The notes under the pieces are model-generated. The model had not been told where the DNA came from and searched no databases. It worked only from the letters and a program-made list of their open reading frames with translations. A stretch of 64,000 nt of DNA from Chthoniobacteraceae bacterium. Lineage in GTDB: Bacteria > Verrucomicrobiota > Verrucomicrobiia > Chthoniobacterales > Chthoniobacteraceae. Position 1 is the first letter of the stretch. Each line of letters opens with the position of its first letter. The position numbers and the translations under genes are program-made. The DNA lies in the NCBI GenBank assembly GCA_031409655.1, contig JANNXQ010000170.1, positions 24,499-88,498 of the forward strand, written 5' to 3'. This document shows positions 52,492 to 60,372 of the stretch, piece by piece.

Positions 52492-54021
52492 ATGCCCCGC
52501 AAATCCCCCAGTGCGCTCAAGCCCGCGATCGTTCATCCAGTAGTTTTCACGAAGCCCGTTTCCGTCCGCGAGCGGACGCTCACTTTCGGCACAAAGTGGA
52601 GTTACGCGCCGGCCCCGGAGTCGGTGCCGGTGAAGATCGCGGCGCGATTCGAACTCTTCATCGACGGTAAATTTGTCGCCCCGCGGAGCGGACGCTATTT
52701 CCCGTCCATCAATCCCTCGACGGAAAAGCCGCTGGCGGAAATCGCGGAAGCGGATGCGAGTGATGTGAATGCTGCGGTGCTCGCCGCGCGGCGCGCGTTC
52801 AAGGACTGGAGCGGGTTGCCGGGCCGCGAGCGGGGGAAGTATCTCTACCGCATTGCTCGTATCCTTCAGGAAAAAGCGCGCGAACTGGCGGTGGCCGAGA
52901 CGATGGATGGTGGCAAGCCGATCAAAGAATCGCGCGACTTCGACCTGCCGCAGTGCGCAGCGCATTTCTTCTACTACGCGGGATGGGCGGACAAACTCGA
53001 CTACGCCTTCCCCGGTCGAAAGGCCGCGCCGGTTGGGGTGTGTGGACAGATCATCCCGTGGAATTTTCCGCTGCTCATGGCGGCGTGGAAACTTGCGCCG
53101 GCGCTGGCTTGCGGAAATACCTGCGTGCTCAAGCCAGCCGAGACCACGAGCATCACGGCGCTGCTGCTCGCGCAGATCTTGCAGGAAGCGGAGTTGCCGC
53201 CGGGCGTGGTGAATATCATCACCGGCGCGGGCGAGACTGGGCGGGCGCTTGTCGAGCATCCCGATGTGGACAAGATCGCCTTCACGGGTTCCACGGATGT
53301 CGGCAAGCTCATCGCGAAATCCACGGCGGCCACGCACAAGAAGCTCACGCTCGAGCTCGGTGGAAAAGCGGCGCATCTGGTTTTCGAAGACGCGCCGATC
53401 GACCAGGCGGTGGAAGGAGTTATCGGCGGCATCTTCTTCAATCAAGGCCACGTCTGCTGCGCCGGCTCGCGCCTGCTCGTGCAGGAGGGCATCTACCGGA
53501 CCGTGCTGCGCAAATTGCGTGATCGCATCGCCGCGCTGCGCGTCGGCGATCCGATGGACAAGAACACCGACATCGGCGCGATCAATTCGCGTCCGCAGCT
53601 TGAGAAGATTCAATCACTCGTGGACGCGGGCGTGGCCGAGGGCGGCGAACTCATCCAGTCTGCATGTGCGCTGCCGAAGCGCGGCTACTGGTTCCCGCCG
53701 AGCCTCATCACCGGCGTCACCGCGAGCCACCGCGTCGCGCAGGAGGAAATCTTCGGACCCGTGCTGAGTGTGATGACCTTTCGCACGCCGGAGGAAGCGA
53801 TCGAGCGCGCAAACAATACGCCCTTCGGTCTCAGTGCCGGGGTCTGGACGGACAAGGGCTCGAAGATTTTCAAGATGGTCTCAAAGCTCCGGGCCGGAGT
53901 GGTGTGGGCGAACACTTACAACAAGTTCGATCCCACGAGCCCCTTCGGCGGCTACAAGGAAAGCGGCTTCGGCCGGGAAGGCGGCGTCCACGGGCTGCTG
54001 CCGTATGTGCGGCTGAGCTGA
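52492..54021 (+). CDS. NAD(P)-dependent aldehyde dehydrogenase
   Basis: Catalytic region LELGGKAA (Glu) and FFNQGHVCCAGSRL (Cys). ORF 52456 (TTG) trimmed to ATG 52492. Retains a ~45-aa N-terminal extension. Confidence 0.85.
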   Translation: MPRKSPSALKPAIVHPVVFTKPVSVRERTLTFGTKWSYAPAPESVPVKIAARFELFIDGKFVAPRSGRYFPSINPSTEKPLAEIAEADASDVNAAVLAARRAFKDWSGLPGRERGKYLYRIARILQEKARELAVAETMDGGKPIKESRDFDLPQCAAHFFYYAGWADKLDYAFPGRKAAPVGVCGQIIPWNFPLLMAAWKLAPALACGNTCVLKPAETTSITALLLAQILQEAELPPGVVNIITGAGETGRALVEHPDVDKIAFTGSTDVGKLIAKSTAATHKKLTLELGGKAAHLVFEDAPIDQAVEGVIGGIFFNQGHVCCAGSRLLVQEGIYRTVLRKLRDRIAALRVGDPMDKNTDIGAINSRPQLEKIQSLVDAGVAEGGELIQSACALPKRGYWFPPSLITGVTASHRVAQEEIFGPVLSVMTFRTPEEAIERANNTPFGLSAGVWTDKGSKIFKMVSKLRAGVVWANTYNKFDPTSPFGGYKESGFGREGGVHGLLPYVRLS

Positions 54022-54097
54022 GGGAGGAGCGGCGATCATCCTGGCGCGGGTGCAAGCTGGTGCGGGAGGGAGAGTGGCGCTGCGCGCGAAGGTCGAA

Positions 54098-54117
54098 CGG
54101 CGACAAAAATGTCGCCG
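54098..54117. terminator. hairpin between convergent ALDH and Aas-like genes
   Basis: CGGCGAC-AAAAAT-GTCGCCG (7-bp stem, 6-nt loop) followed by CTCTT. A candidate bidirectional terminator. Confidence 0.4.
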
Positions 54118-54125
54118 CTCTTGGG

Positions 54126-56402
54126 TCAAGCGAGCGCGAGTTTCTTGCACTTTGCGAGGTCGAGTTTGCCGCTTCCGAGCACCGGGATTTGCTCGATGCG
54201 TTTGATCTTTCTCGGGATCCAGAGATTCGGGAGTCCGGCGGCCGTGAGTTTTTCACGCAGTTCGGCGGCGTCGATGTCGCGCGTCGTGAGGACGACGAGC
54301 GCCTCGCCTTTCGCTTCGTCAGGGATGCCAGCGATGGCAATGGTGCGCTCGTCTTTCGGGAGCGCGAGCACTTCGCCGATCTTCTGCTCCACGGTTTCGT
54401 GCGGGACCATTTCGCCGCCGATTTTCGAGAAGCGCGAGAGCCGACCTTCGATGATGCAGAAGCCGTCGTCGTCGAAGCGCGCGAGGTCGCCGGTCTTGAA
54501 CCAGCGATCGACGAGCACGTCGGCGGTGCGTTTGGGATCGTCGAGGTAGCCCTCGAAAATGTTTGGCCCGCGCAGCCAGAGCATGCCGGTTTCGTGCAGG
54601 GAAAGTTTTTCGTCGGTCTCGGGATGGCGGATTTGCGCGGCGATGCCGGGCGCGAGCTTGCCGACGGTGCCGCGCCGATTCGATGGCTGGACAGTGTCCG
54701 TAGGACGGCTGGCCTTCGGCTCGGGGAGGTTCACGGCGGCGACGGGCGCCGTCTCGGTGAGGCCGTAGCCTTGCAGGAGTTCCTTGCCGAAGCGCTCCTC
54801 GAAGGCGACGGCGAGATCGTTGGGCAGCTTCTCTGCACCAGTGACGATGAAGACGAGCGATTGCAATTTCGCCGGCTCCACTTTCCGCAGATAGCCGCGG
54901 AGGAAAGTGGGCGTGCTGCAAAAGAAGGTGACGCCGTAACGTTGGATGAGGTCAGCGTTTTTGGTGATCTCCAGCGGGTTCGGATACGTGACCGAGCGGA
55001 CGCCTTCGATGAGCGGATACCAGAGCGTGACGGTGCAGCCGAAGCTGTGGAAGAAAGGCAGGCACGCGAGCACGGTGTCGCTGCGCTTGAGATCGAGCAT
55101 GAGGGCGAATTGCGAGACGTTGCTGAGCACATTGCGATGGCTGAGCACCACCCCCTTGGGCTCGCCGCTCGAGCCGCTGGTGAAAAGGACGGTCGCTTCT
55201 TCGCGGTCGCCAGTGCGCGGCAGGCCAAGCACTGCGGCGAGCAATGACGCCGGCAGCAGCGCCACCACGCAGCGCCAGCCAATGATCTGCGGCTTGAGCG
55301 CGGGCATCACGGCTTCGAGATGGAGCAGATGCATCGGCCAGGGGAATTCGGCGAGCTTCTTCACCACGGCGTGCGCAGTGATGCAGTCGTGGACCTGCCC
55401 GATACGGAGCGCAGCCTCCACGGAACTCCGGCCGGCGGTGAAGTTCAGATTCACCGGCACCTTGCCGGCGAGCGTCACCGCGAGGTTGGCGATCACCGCG
55501 GCCTTGCCGGGCGGCAGCACGATGCCGATGCGTCGCGCGCTGCATTTCTCCTTAACATGCCGTGAAAGGGCGATGGCGGCGGCGAGCAGGGAGCCGCCGC
55601 TGAGCGCGCTGTGGTCGGTGCCGTCGATGACGGCGGTGTGCCACTGATTCTTCTTCAGTCCGCGCAGGCAGGCGCGCGCGAGGTGGCCTCCGAGATCGGG
55701 CCGCTGCTGGTAGCAAAATTCCCCGAGTGCCAGGAAATGCTCCCGCACCGTGGCGATGTCCGCCTGCTCCGCCGCGATCGGTTCTCCGAAGGCGACCGTG
55801 ACCGGATAGGGCAGCCGGCGCGGCCACTTGAAGAAATATTTCCCCTCTACGAAGGAGAAGACCGAGCCCCAGAGCCGATCCAGCCAGACCGGAACGACGG
55901 GGCAGTCTGCCGTGCGCGCGATGAGTTCGTAGCCACGTTTGAGCTTGAGCAGCATCCCGGTGCGGGAGAGTTCGCCTTCGGGAAAAATGCAGACGATTTC
56001 GCCCGCCTTGATGGCGTCCGCAGCATCGCGCACGGCGTCCTTGGCGCGCTTCGCAGAGATCGGCAGCGCGCCCACTGCGCGGAAGACCGGATTGAGCCAG
56101 CGCGTCTTGAAAATCTCCGCATCGATGACGAAGCGGATCGGGCGCGGGCAGGCGATCTGGAGCATCGCGGCGTCGATCCAGGAGAGATGATTTGGCAGCA
56201 GCAGGAAGCCGCCGGGCGGCAGCCAGTGCTGGCCAAATGGAGTGACGCGATAGAACAGCGAAGCCACGAGCCTCCCGAGCCCGCGGACGAAGCCGCCGGC
56301 GACGGAAGAGGATGGGGAAGGATTTTCCACGGGCGGCAACCTAGTCGGGAATGTCGCGGGAGCGCAACGCAGCGTGGAATGAAGATCGGGGGCGCTGCGC
56401 AT
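54126..56402 (-). CDS. bifunctional lysophospholipid acyltransferase / acyl-ACP (AMP-forming) synthetase, Aas-like
   Basis: N-terminal PlsC-type HX4D motif (NHLSWIDA). C-terminal AMP-binding motif TSGSSGEPKGVVLSH. ORF 54126..56492 trimmed to ATG 56402 so that it does not overlap the divergent MFS gene. Confidence 0.75.
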   Translation of the reverse strand: MRSAPDLHSTLRCAPATFPTRLPPVENPSPSSSVAGGFVRGLGRLVASLFYRVTPFGQHWLPPGGFLLLPNHLSWIDAAMLQIACPRPIRFVIDAEIFKTRWLNPVFRAVGALPISAKRAKDAVRDAADAIKAGEIVCIFPEGELSRTGMLLKLKRGYELIARTADCPVVPVWLDRLWGSVFSFVEGKYFFKWPRRLPYPVTVAFGEPIAAEQADIATVREHFLALGEFCYQQRPDLGGHLARACLRGLKKNQWHTAVIDGTDHSALSGGSLLAAAIALSRHVKEKCSARRIGIVLPPGKAAVIANLAVTLAGKVPVNLNFTAGRSSVEAALRIGQVHDCITAHAVVKKLAEFPWPMHLLHLEAVMPALKPQIIGWRCVVALLPASLLAAVLGLPRTGDREEATVLFTSGSSGEPKGVVLSHRNVLSNVSQFALMLDLKRSDTVLACLPFFHSFGCTVTLWYPLIEGVRSVTYPNPLEITKNADLIQRYGVTFFCSTPTFLRGYLRKVEPAKLQSLVFIVTGAEKLPNDLAVAFEERFGKELLQGYGLTETAPVAAVNLPEPKASRPTDTVQPSNRRGTVGKLAPGIAAQIRHPETDEKLSLHETGMLWLRGPNIFEGYLDDPKRTADVLVDRWFKTGDLARFDDDGFCIIEGRLSRFSKIGGEMVPHETVEQKIGEVLALPKDERTIAIAGIPDEAKGEALVVLTTRDIDAAELREKLTAAGLPNLWIPRKIKRIEQIPVLGSGKLDLAKCKKLALA

Positions 56403-56439
56403 TGGACTAAAGCCCAAACTACTTTCAGACTTTCGACCC

Positions 56440-57717
56440 ATGTCCGCCGCCACTCGCGCGCTTGCGCTGCTGCTTGCGATCAATCTTTTCAATTACCTCG
56501 ACCGCTACATCCTCGCGGCGGTGGAGCCGCTCATCGCGGATCACTTTTTTGCCGCGACCGATGAGACGGCGATGGCCAAGACGGGCGCACTCGCGACCGC
56601 ATTCCTCGTCAGCTACATGCTGCTCGCGCCGGTCTTTGGTTGGATGGCGGATCGCTTCTCGCGCTGGTGGATCGTCGGCGGTGGTGTGGCGCTGTGGAGT
56701 CTGGCGAGTGGATGCTCGGGGCTGGCGGGCACGTTCGCGGTGCTGATTCTCACGCGGGTCTTTGTCGGCATCGGCGAGGCGGCCTACGGGCCGGCGGCAC
56801 CGACGATCATCGCCGATCTCTACCCGGTCGCGAAACGCGGGCGGATGCTCTCCTACTTCTATCTCGCGATCCCGGTCGGCAGCGCACTCGGCTACGCGTT
56901 TGGCGGGAGTATCGGACAACACTACGGCTGGCGCTGGCCCTTCTACCTCGTGACGATCCCCGGGCTCGTGCTCGGCGGCCTGTGCCTGCTCATGCGCGAC
57001 CCGCGATCCGCGGCGCGTGCGGCGGAGAAAAAGGCACCGATGAAAATGGACGATGTACTCGCGCTCTTCCGCATCCGCTCCTACGTCTTCAATACGGCGG
57101 CGATGACGGCGATGACTTTCGCGATCGGCGGCATTTCGTTCTGGCTGCCGCGCTATCTGTACAAAGACCGCGCCGCGGACTTTGGCGGCGCCCCGAGCCT
57201 GGGGCAGATCAATCTCACCTTCGGCGGCATCATGGTCGTGGCAGGCTTGCTCGCGACGCTGACCGGTGGCTGGGCTGGCGATCGGTTGCGGGCGCGTTTC
57301 CCGAGCGCCTATTTCCTCGTCTCGGGAAGCGGCATGTTGCTCGCATTTCCTTTCACGGTGCTGATGCTCTACACGCCATTTCCGGGGGCCTGGGTGCTGG
57401 TCTTCTTCGCGATCTTCTTCCTCTTCTTCAACACTGGCCCCGCCAACGCCGCGCTGGCCAACGTCACGCCACCCTCCAACCGCGCGACGGCGTTTGCGCT
57501 CAATATCCTGATGATCCACGCCCTCGGTGACGCCATCTCGCCGCCGCTGGTGGGCTGGATCGCCGGGAAGACGAGCATGCAGACGGGCTTCCTGCTGGTA
57601 TCAGCGACGATGGTGCTGGCGAGCGGGTTTTGGTTTATGGGCGCGCGGTACTTGGGGCGGGATACGGCGGCGGTGGAGGCGCTGGGGGAACATCGAACAT
57701 CGAACGTCGAACACTGA
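56440..57717 (+). CDS. MFS transporter (Spinster-like)
   Basis: 12-TM layout. N-terminus LLAINLFNYLDRYILAAVEPLI is typical of Spns-like MFS proteins. Confidence 0.75.
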   Translation: MSAATRALALLLAINLFNYLDRYILAAVEPLIADHFFAATDETAMAKTGALATAFLVSYMLLAPVFGWMADRFSRWWIVGGGVALWSLASGCSGLAGTFAVLILTRVFVGIGEAAYGPAAPTIIADLYPVAKRGRMLSYFYLAIPVGSALGYAFGGSIGQHYGWRWPFYLVTIPGLVLGGLCLLMRDPRSAARAAEKKAPMKMDDVLALFRIRSYVFNTAAMTAMTFAIGGISFWLPRYLYKDRAADFGGAPSLGQINLTFGGIMVVAGLLATLTGGWAGDRLRARFPSAYFLVSGSGMLLAFPFTVLMLYTPFPGAWVLVFFAIFFLFFNTGPANAALANVTPPSNRATAFALNILMIHALGDAISPPLVGWIAGKTSMQTGFLLVSATMVLASGFWFMGARYLGRDTAAVEALGEHRTSNVEH

Positions 57718-57786
57718 ACATCGAACGAAGAGGCAGCGCCCTCCTTGTTCGATGTTGGGTGTTGGATGTTCGACGTTCGATGTTTC
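57688..57786. repeat. heptamer-built long imperfect palindrome (GAACATC-like x6 / GATGTTC-like x6)
   Basis: The left arm 57688-57730 (gaacatc gaacatc gaacgtc gaacact gaacatc gaacgaag) pairs with the right arm 57744-57786 over about 42 positions, with a few mismatches and one bulge. The loop is 13 nt. It contains the MFS stop codon and ends 13 nt before the mutS ATG. Confidence 0.75.
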
Positions 57787-57798
57787 ATACTCCCTGAA

Positions 57799-60354
57799 AT
57801 GTCCGAAGCCCTGACCCCCATGATGCAGCAATACCAGAGCATCCGGAGGTCATTGCCTGCGGATACGCTGCTGCTCTTCCGGCTCGGGGATTTCTACGAG
57901 ATGTTTTTCGACGATGCGAAGGAGGCGTCGGCCCTGCTCAACGTCGCGCTCACGAAGCGGAATCTCGTGCCGATGTGCGGCGTGCCTTTTCACGCGGCGG
58001 AGAACTACATCCGGCGGCTCATCAAGGCCGGGAAACGCGTGGCGGTTTGCGACCAGGTATCCGAGCCGAAGCCGGGGAAGATCGTCGAACGCGAGATCAC
58101 CCACATCGTCAGCCCCGGCACGATCTCCGATCTGCACATGCTCGATGCGAAGCGGAACAACTTCCTCGCCTCCATCTACCAGGGCGCGAAGGGCGGGTTT
58201 GGATTCGCATTCATCGATGTGACCACGGGCGATCTGCGGCTCACGGAACTCGCCGACGAAAAGGAACTCGCGGATGAACTGGCGCGCGTGCAACCGAGCG
58301 AAGTGCTCGTGAGCGAAGAGCAGGCAGGAGTTTACAAAGACATCCGCGGGCTGGTGCTGCGCGACGGCTACACCTTTCTGCTCGATCAGGCCTATTTCAC
58401 CCTGCGCGAGCATTTCAAAGTGCAGTCGCTCGATGGCTTCGGTTGCAGTGATCTGCCGACGGCGATCGGGGCGGCGGGCGCGGTCGTGCATTACCTGAAG
58501 AATGAGCTGCGCCGCTCGCTCAGCCATCTCACCCGGATGCAGGTTTATCGTAATGCGCAGTACATGGTGCTCGACGCGGTGACGCAGGCAAATCTGGAAC
58601 TCGTGCAGGCGCGCGGCGGCGGGCGCGATACGTCGCTGCTCGGGGCGCTGGATCGCACGGCGACGCCAATGGGCGCGCGGAAAATGCGCGACTGGATCCT
58701 CCACCCACTCTGCGACCTGGCGGCGCTGAATCAGCGCCAGCAGATGATCGGGGAGCTGCTCGCAGAGCCTTTCGTGTTGGGAAATGTGCGCGAGACTTTG
58801 AAGTCGATCCGCGACATGGAGCGAACGGTGGGGCGGTTGACGCAGACGGGTGGGAATGCACGCGACCTCCTCGTGCTGCGCACGGCGCTGGAGCAAATCC
58901 CGCAGCTCCGCGCGGACCTCGAAGCACTGCATTGTAGGGCAAGCGCTCCGCTTGCCGCGGGAGTGACGGCAAGCGGAGCGCTTGCCCTACAAAACCAGAT
59001 CCAACGCGATCTCCAGCCGCTGCCGCACGTCGTCGAACTGCTCGCGAAAGCGATCATCGATGAGCCGCCGGCCTTGACCAAGGAGGGCGGGATGTTTCGC
59101 GATGGCTACCACGCGCCGCTCGACGAACTGCGGCGCGCGTCCACGGACGGCAAGGAGTGGATCGCGCAACTCCAGCAGCGGGCGATCGAGGAGACGGGGA
59201 TCAAGTCTTTGAAGGTCCGTTTCACTTCGGTCTTCGGCTACTTCTTGGAGGTCACAAAATCGAACCTCGATAAGGTGCCGCCGAGCTGGCACCGCAAGCA
59301 GACCGTCGCGACCGGCGAGCGTTTCATCACGCCAGAGCTGAAGGAAGTGGAAGGCAAAATCCTCGGTGCGGATGAAAAGGGAAAAGCCCTCGAGCACGAA
59401 CTCTTCCTCCAACTCCGCGACGAAGTGCTGCAAGACCTGCCGTCCCTGCAATCCACCGCGCACGCCGTGGCTACGCTCGACGTGATCTGTTCCCTCGCTG
59501 AGACCGCGCGTCTCTACAACTACTGTCGTCCCGTGCTTTCGGAAGAGCTCGCCATCTCCGTGGTGGATGGCCGCCACCCGGTGCTCGATCAATCACTCGT
59601 GGAGGAAAAATTCGTCCCGAATGACGTGACCCTCGACGCCGAGAAGAACCGGCTGCTCATCCTGACTGGCCCAAACATGGCGGGCAAATCGACCTACATC
59701 CGCCAGGTCGCGCTGCTCGTGCTCATGGCGCAGATCGGTTCGTGGGTGCCGGCGAAGAGCGCGGAGATCGGGCTGGCGGATCGCATCTTCACCCGCGTCG
59801 GCGCGAACGACGACCTCTCGCGCGGGCAATCCACTTTCATGGTGGAGATGAACGAAACCGCGAACATTACCAACAACGCGACGGCACGTTCGCTCGTGAT
59901 CCTGGATGAGATCGGGCGCGGCACCTCGACTTTTGACGGCCTCTCGATCGCCTGGAGCGTCGCCGAGTATCTGCACGATGAAGTGAAGGCGCGGACGCTT
60001 TTCGCCACGCACTACCACGAACTCACCGAACTCGAGATGACTCGCGGCGGCGTGCGCAACTACAACGTCGCGGTGCGCGAATGGAACGATCAGATCATCT
60101 TCCTGCGCAAAATCGTCAAAGGCGGCGCGGACAAGAGCTACGGCATCCAGGTCGCGCGGCTCGCAGGCCTCCCGCCGTCGATCATCGCGCGCGCGAAGGA
60201 AATCCTGAGCAACCTCGAACAGCACGAACTCAACGCCGAAGGCAAACCGGCACTTGCCGAGGCCCCGCCACCCCAGAAGCACGGCAAGCCGCGCGGGAAG
60301 AAGAAAGCCGAGAAGGCGCTCGCGGAGATGAAGCCGCAGATGACGCTGTTCTGA
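57799..60354 (+). CDS. mutS: DNA mismatch repair protein MutS
   Basis: TPMMQQYQSIR...FYEMFFDDA N-terminus and Walker A GPNMAGKSTYIRQ; STFMVEM. ORF 57745 trimmed to ATG 57799 (MSEALTPMMQQY). Confidence 0.95.
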   Translation: MSEALTPMMQQYQSIRRSLPADTLLLFRLGDFYEMFFDDAKEASALLNVALTKRNLVPMCGVPFHAAENYIRRLIKAGKRVAVCDQVSEPKPGKIVEREITHIVSPGTISDLHMLDAKRNNFLASIYQGAKGGFGFAFIDVTTGDLRLTELADEKELADELARVQPSEVLVSEEQAGVYKDIRGLVLRDGYTFLLDQAYFTLREHFKVQSLDGFGCSDLPTAIGAAGAVVHYLKNELRRSLSHLTRMQVYRNAQYMVLDAVTQANLELVQARGGGRDTSLLGALDRTATPMGARKMRDWILHPLCDLAALNQRQQMIGELLAEPFVLGNVRETLKSIRDMERTVGRLTQTGGNARDLLVLRTALEQIPQLRADLEALHCRASAPLAAGVTASGALALQNQIQRDLQPLPHVVELLAKAIIDEPPALTKEGGMFRDGYHAPLDELRRASTDGKEWIAQLQQRAIEETGIKSLKVRFTSVFGYFLEVTKSNLDKVPPSWHRKQTVATGERFITPELKEVEGKILGADEKGKALEHELFLQLRDEVLQDLPSLQSTAHAVATLDVICSLAETARLYNYCRPVLSEELAISVVDGRHPVLDQSLVEEKFVPNDVTLDAEKNRLLILTGPNMAGKSTYIRQVALLVLMAQIGSWVPAKSAEIGLADRIFTRVGANDDLSRGQSTFMVEMNETANITNNATARSLVILDEIGRGTSTFDGLSIAWSVAEYLHDEVKARTLFATHYHELTELEMTRGGVRNYNVAVREWNDQIIFLRKIVKGGADKSYGIQVARLAGLPPSIIARAKEILSNLEQHELNAEGKPALAEAPPPQKHGKPRGKKKAEKALAEMKPQMTLF
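58932..58992. repeat. perfect 26-bp inverted repeat (9-nt loop) inside the mutS coding sequence, each arm itself a hairpin
   Basis: 58932-58957 TTGTAGGGCAAGCGCTCCGCTTGCCG is the exact reverse complement of 58967-58992. Each arm contains GCAAGCG-CTC-CGCTTGC. It is translated in frame as CRASAPLAAGVTASGALALQ. Confidence 0.9.
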
Positions 60355-60372
60355 GGCTGCGGTTGGGAGCGG

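Noticed and set aside
52345-55247. Long antisense ORFs 52345..53613 (-), 53664..55247 (+) and several alternate-frame ORFs over the ALDH and Aas-like genes
   Set aside because: The opposite or true frames carry clear catalytic motifs (ELGGKAA/GHVCCAGSRL; HX4D and the AMP-binding motif). The alternates are Arg/Ala-rich shadows.
57369-57842. ORFs reading HRTSNIQHPTSN / MFDVGCWMFDVRC across the MFS-mutS junction
   Set aside because: These strings are translations of the heptamer palindrome in different frames and strands. The mutS N-terminus MSEALTPMMQQY begins downstream at 57799.
56425-58932. Minus-strand ORFs 56425..57519 and 57850..58932 opposite the MFS and mutS genes
   Set aside because: These are shadow frames of strongly supported genes, with Arg/His/Glu-rich products and no motifs.
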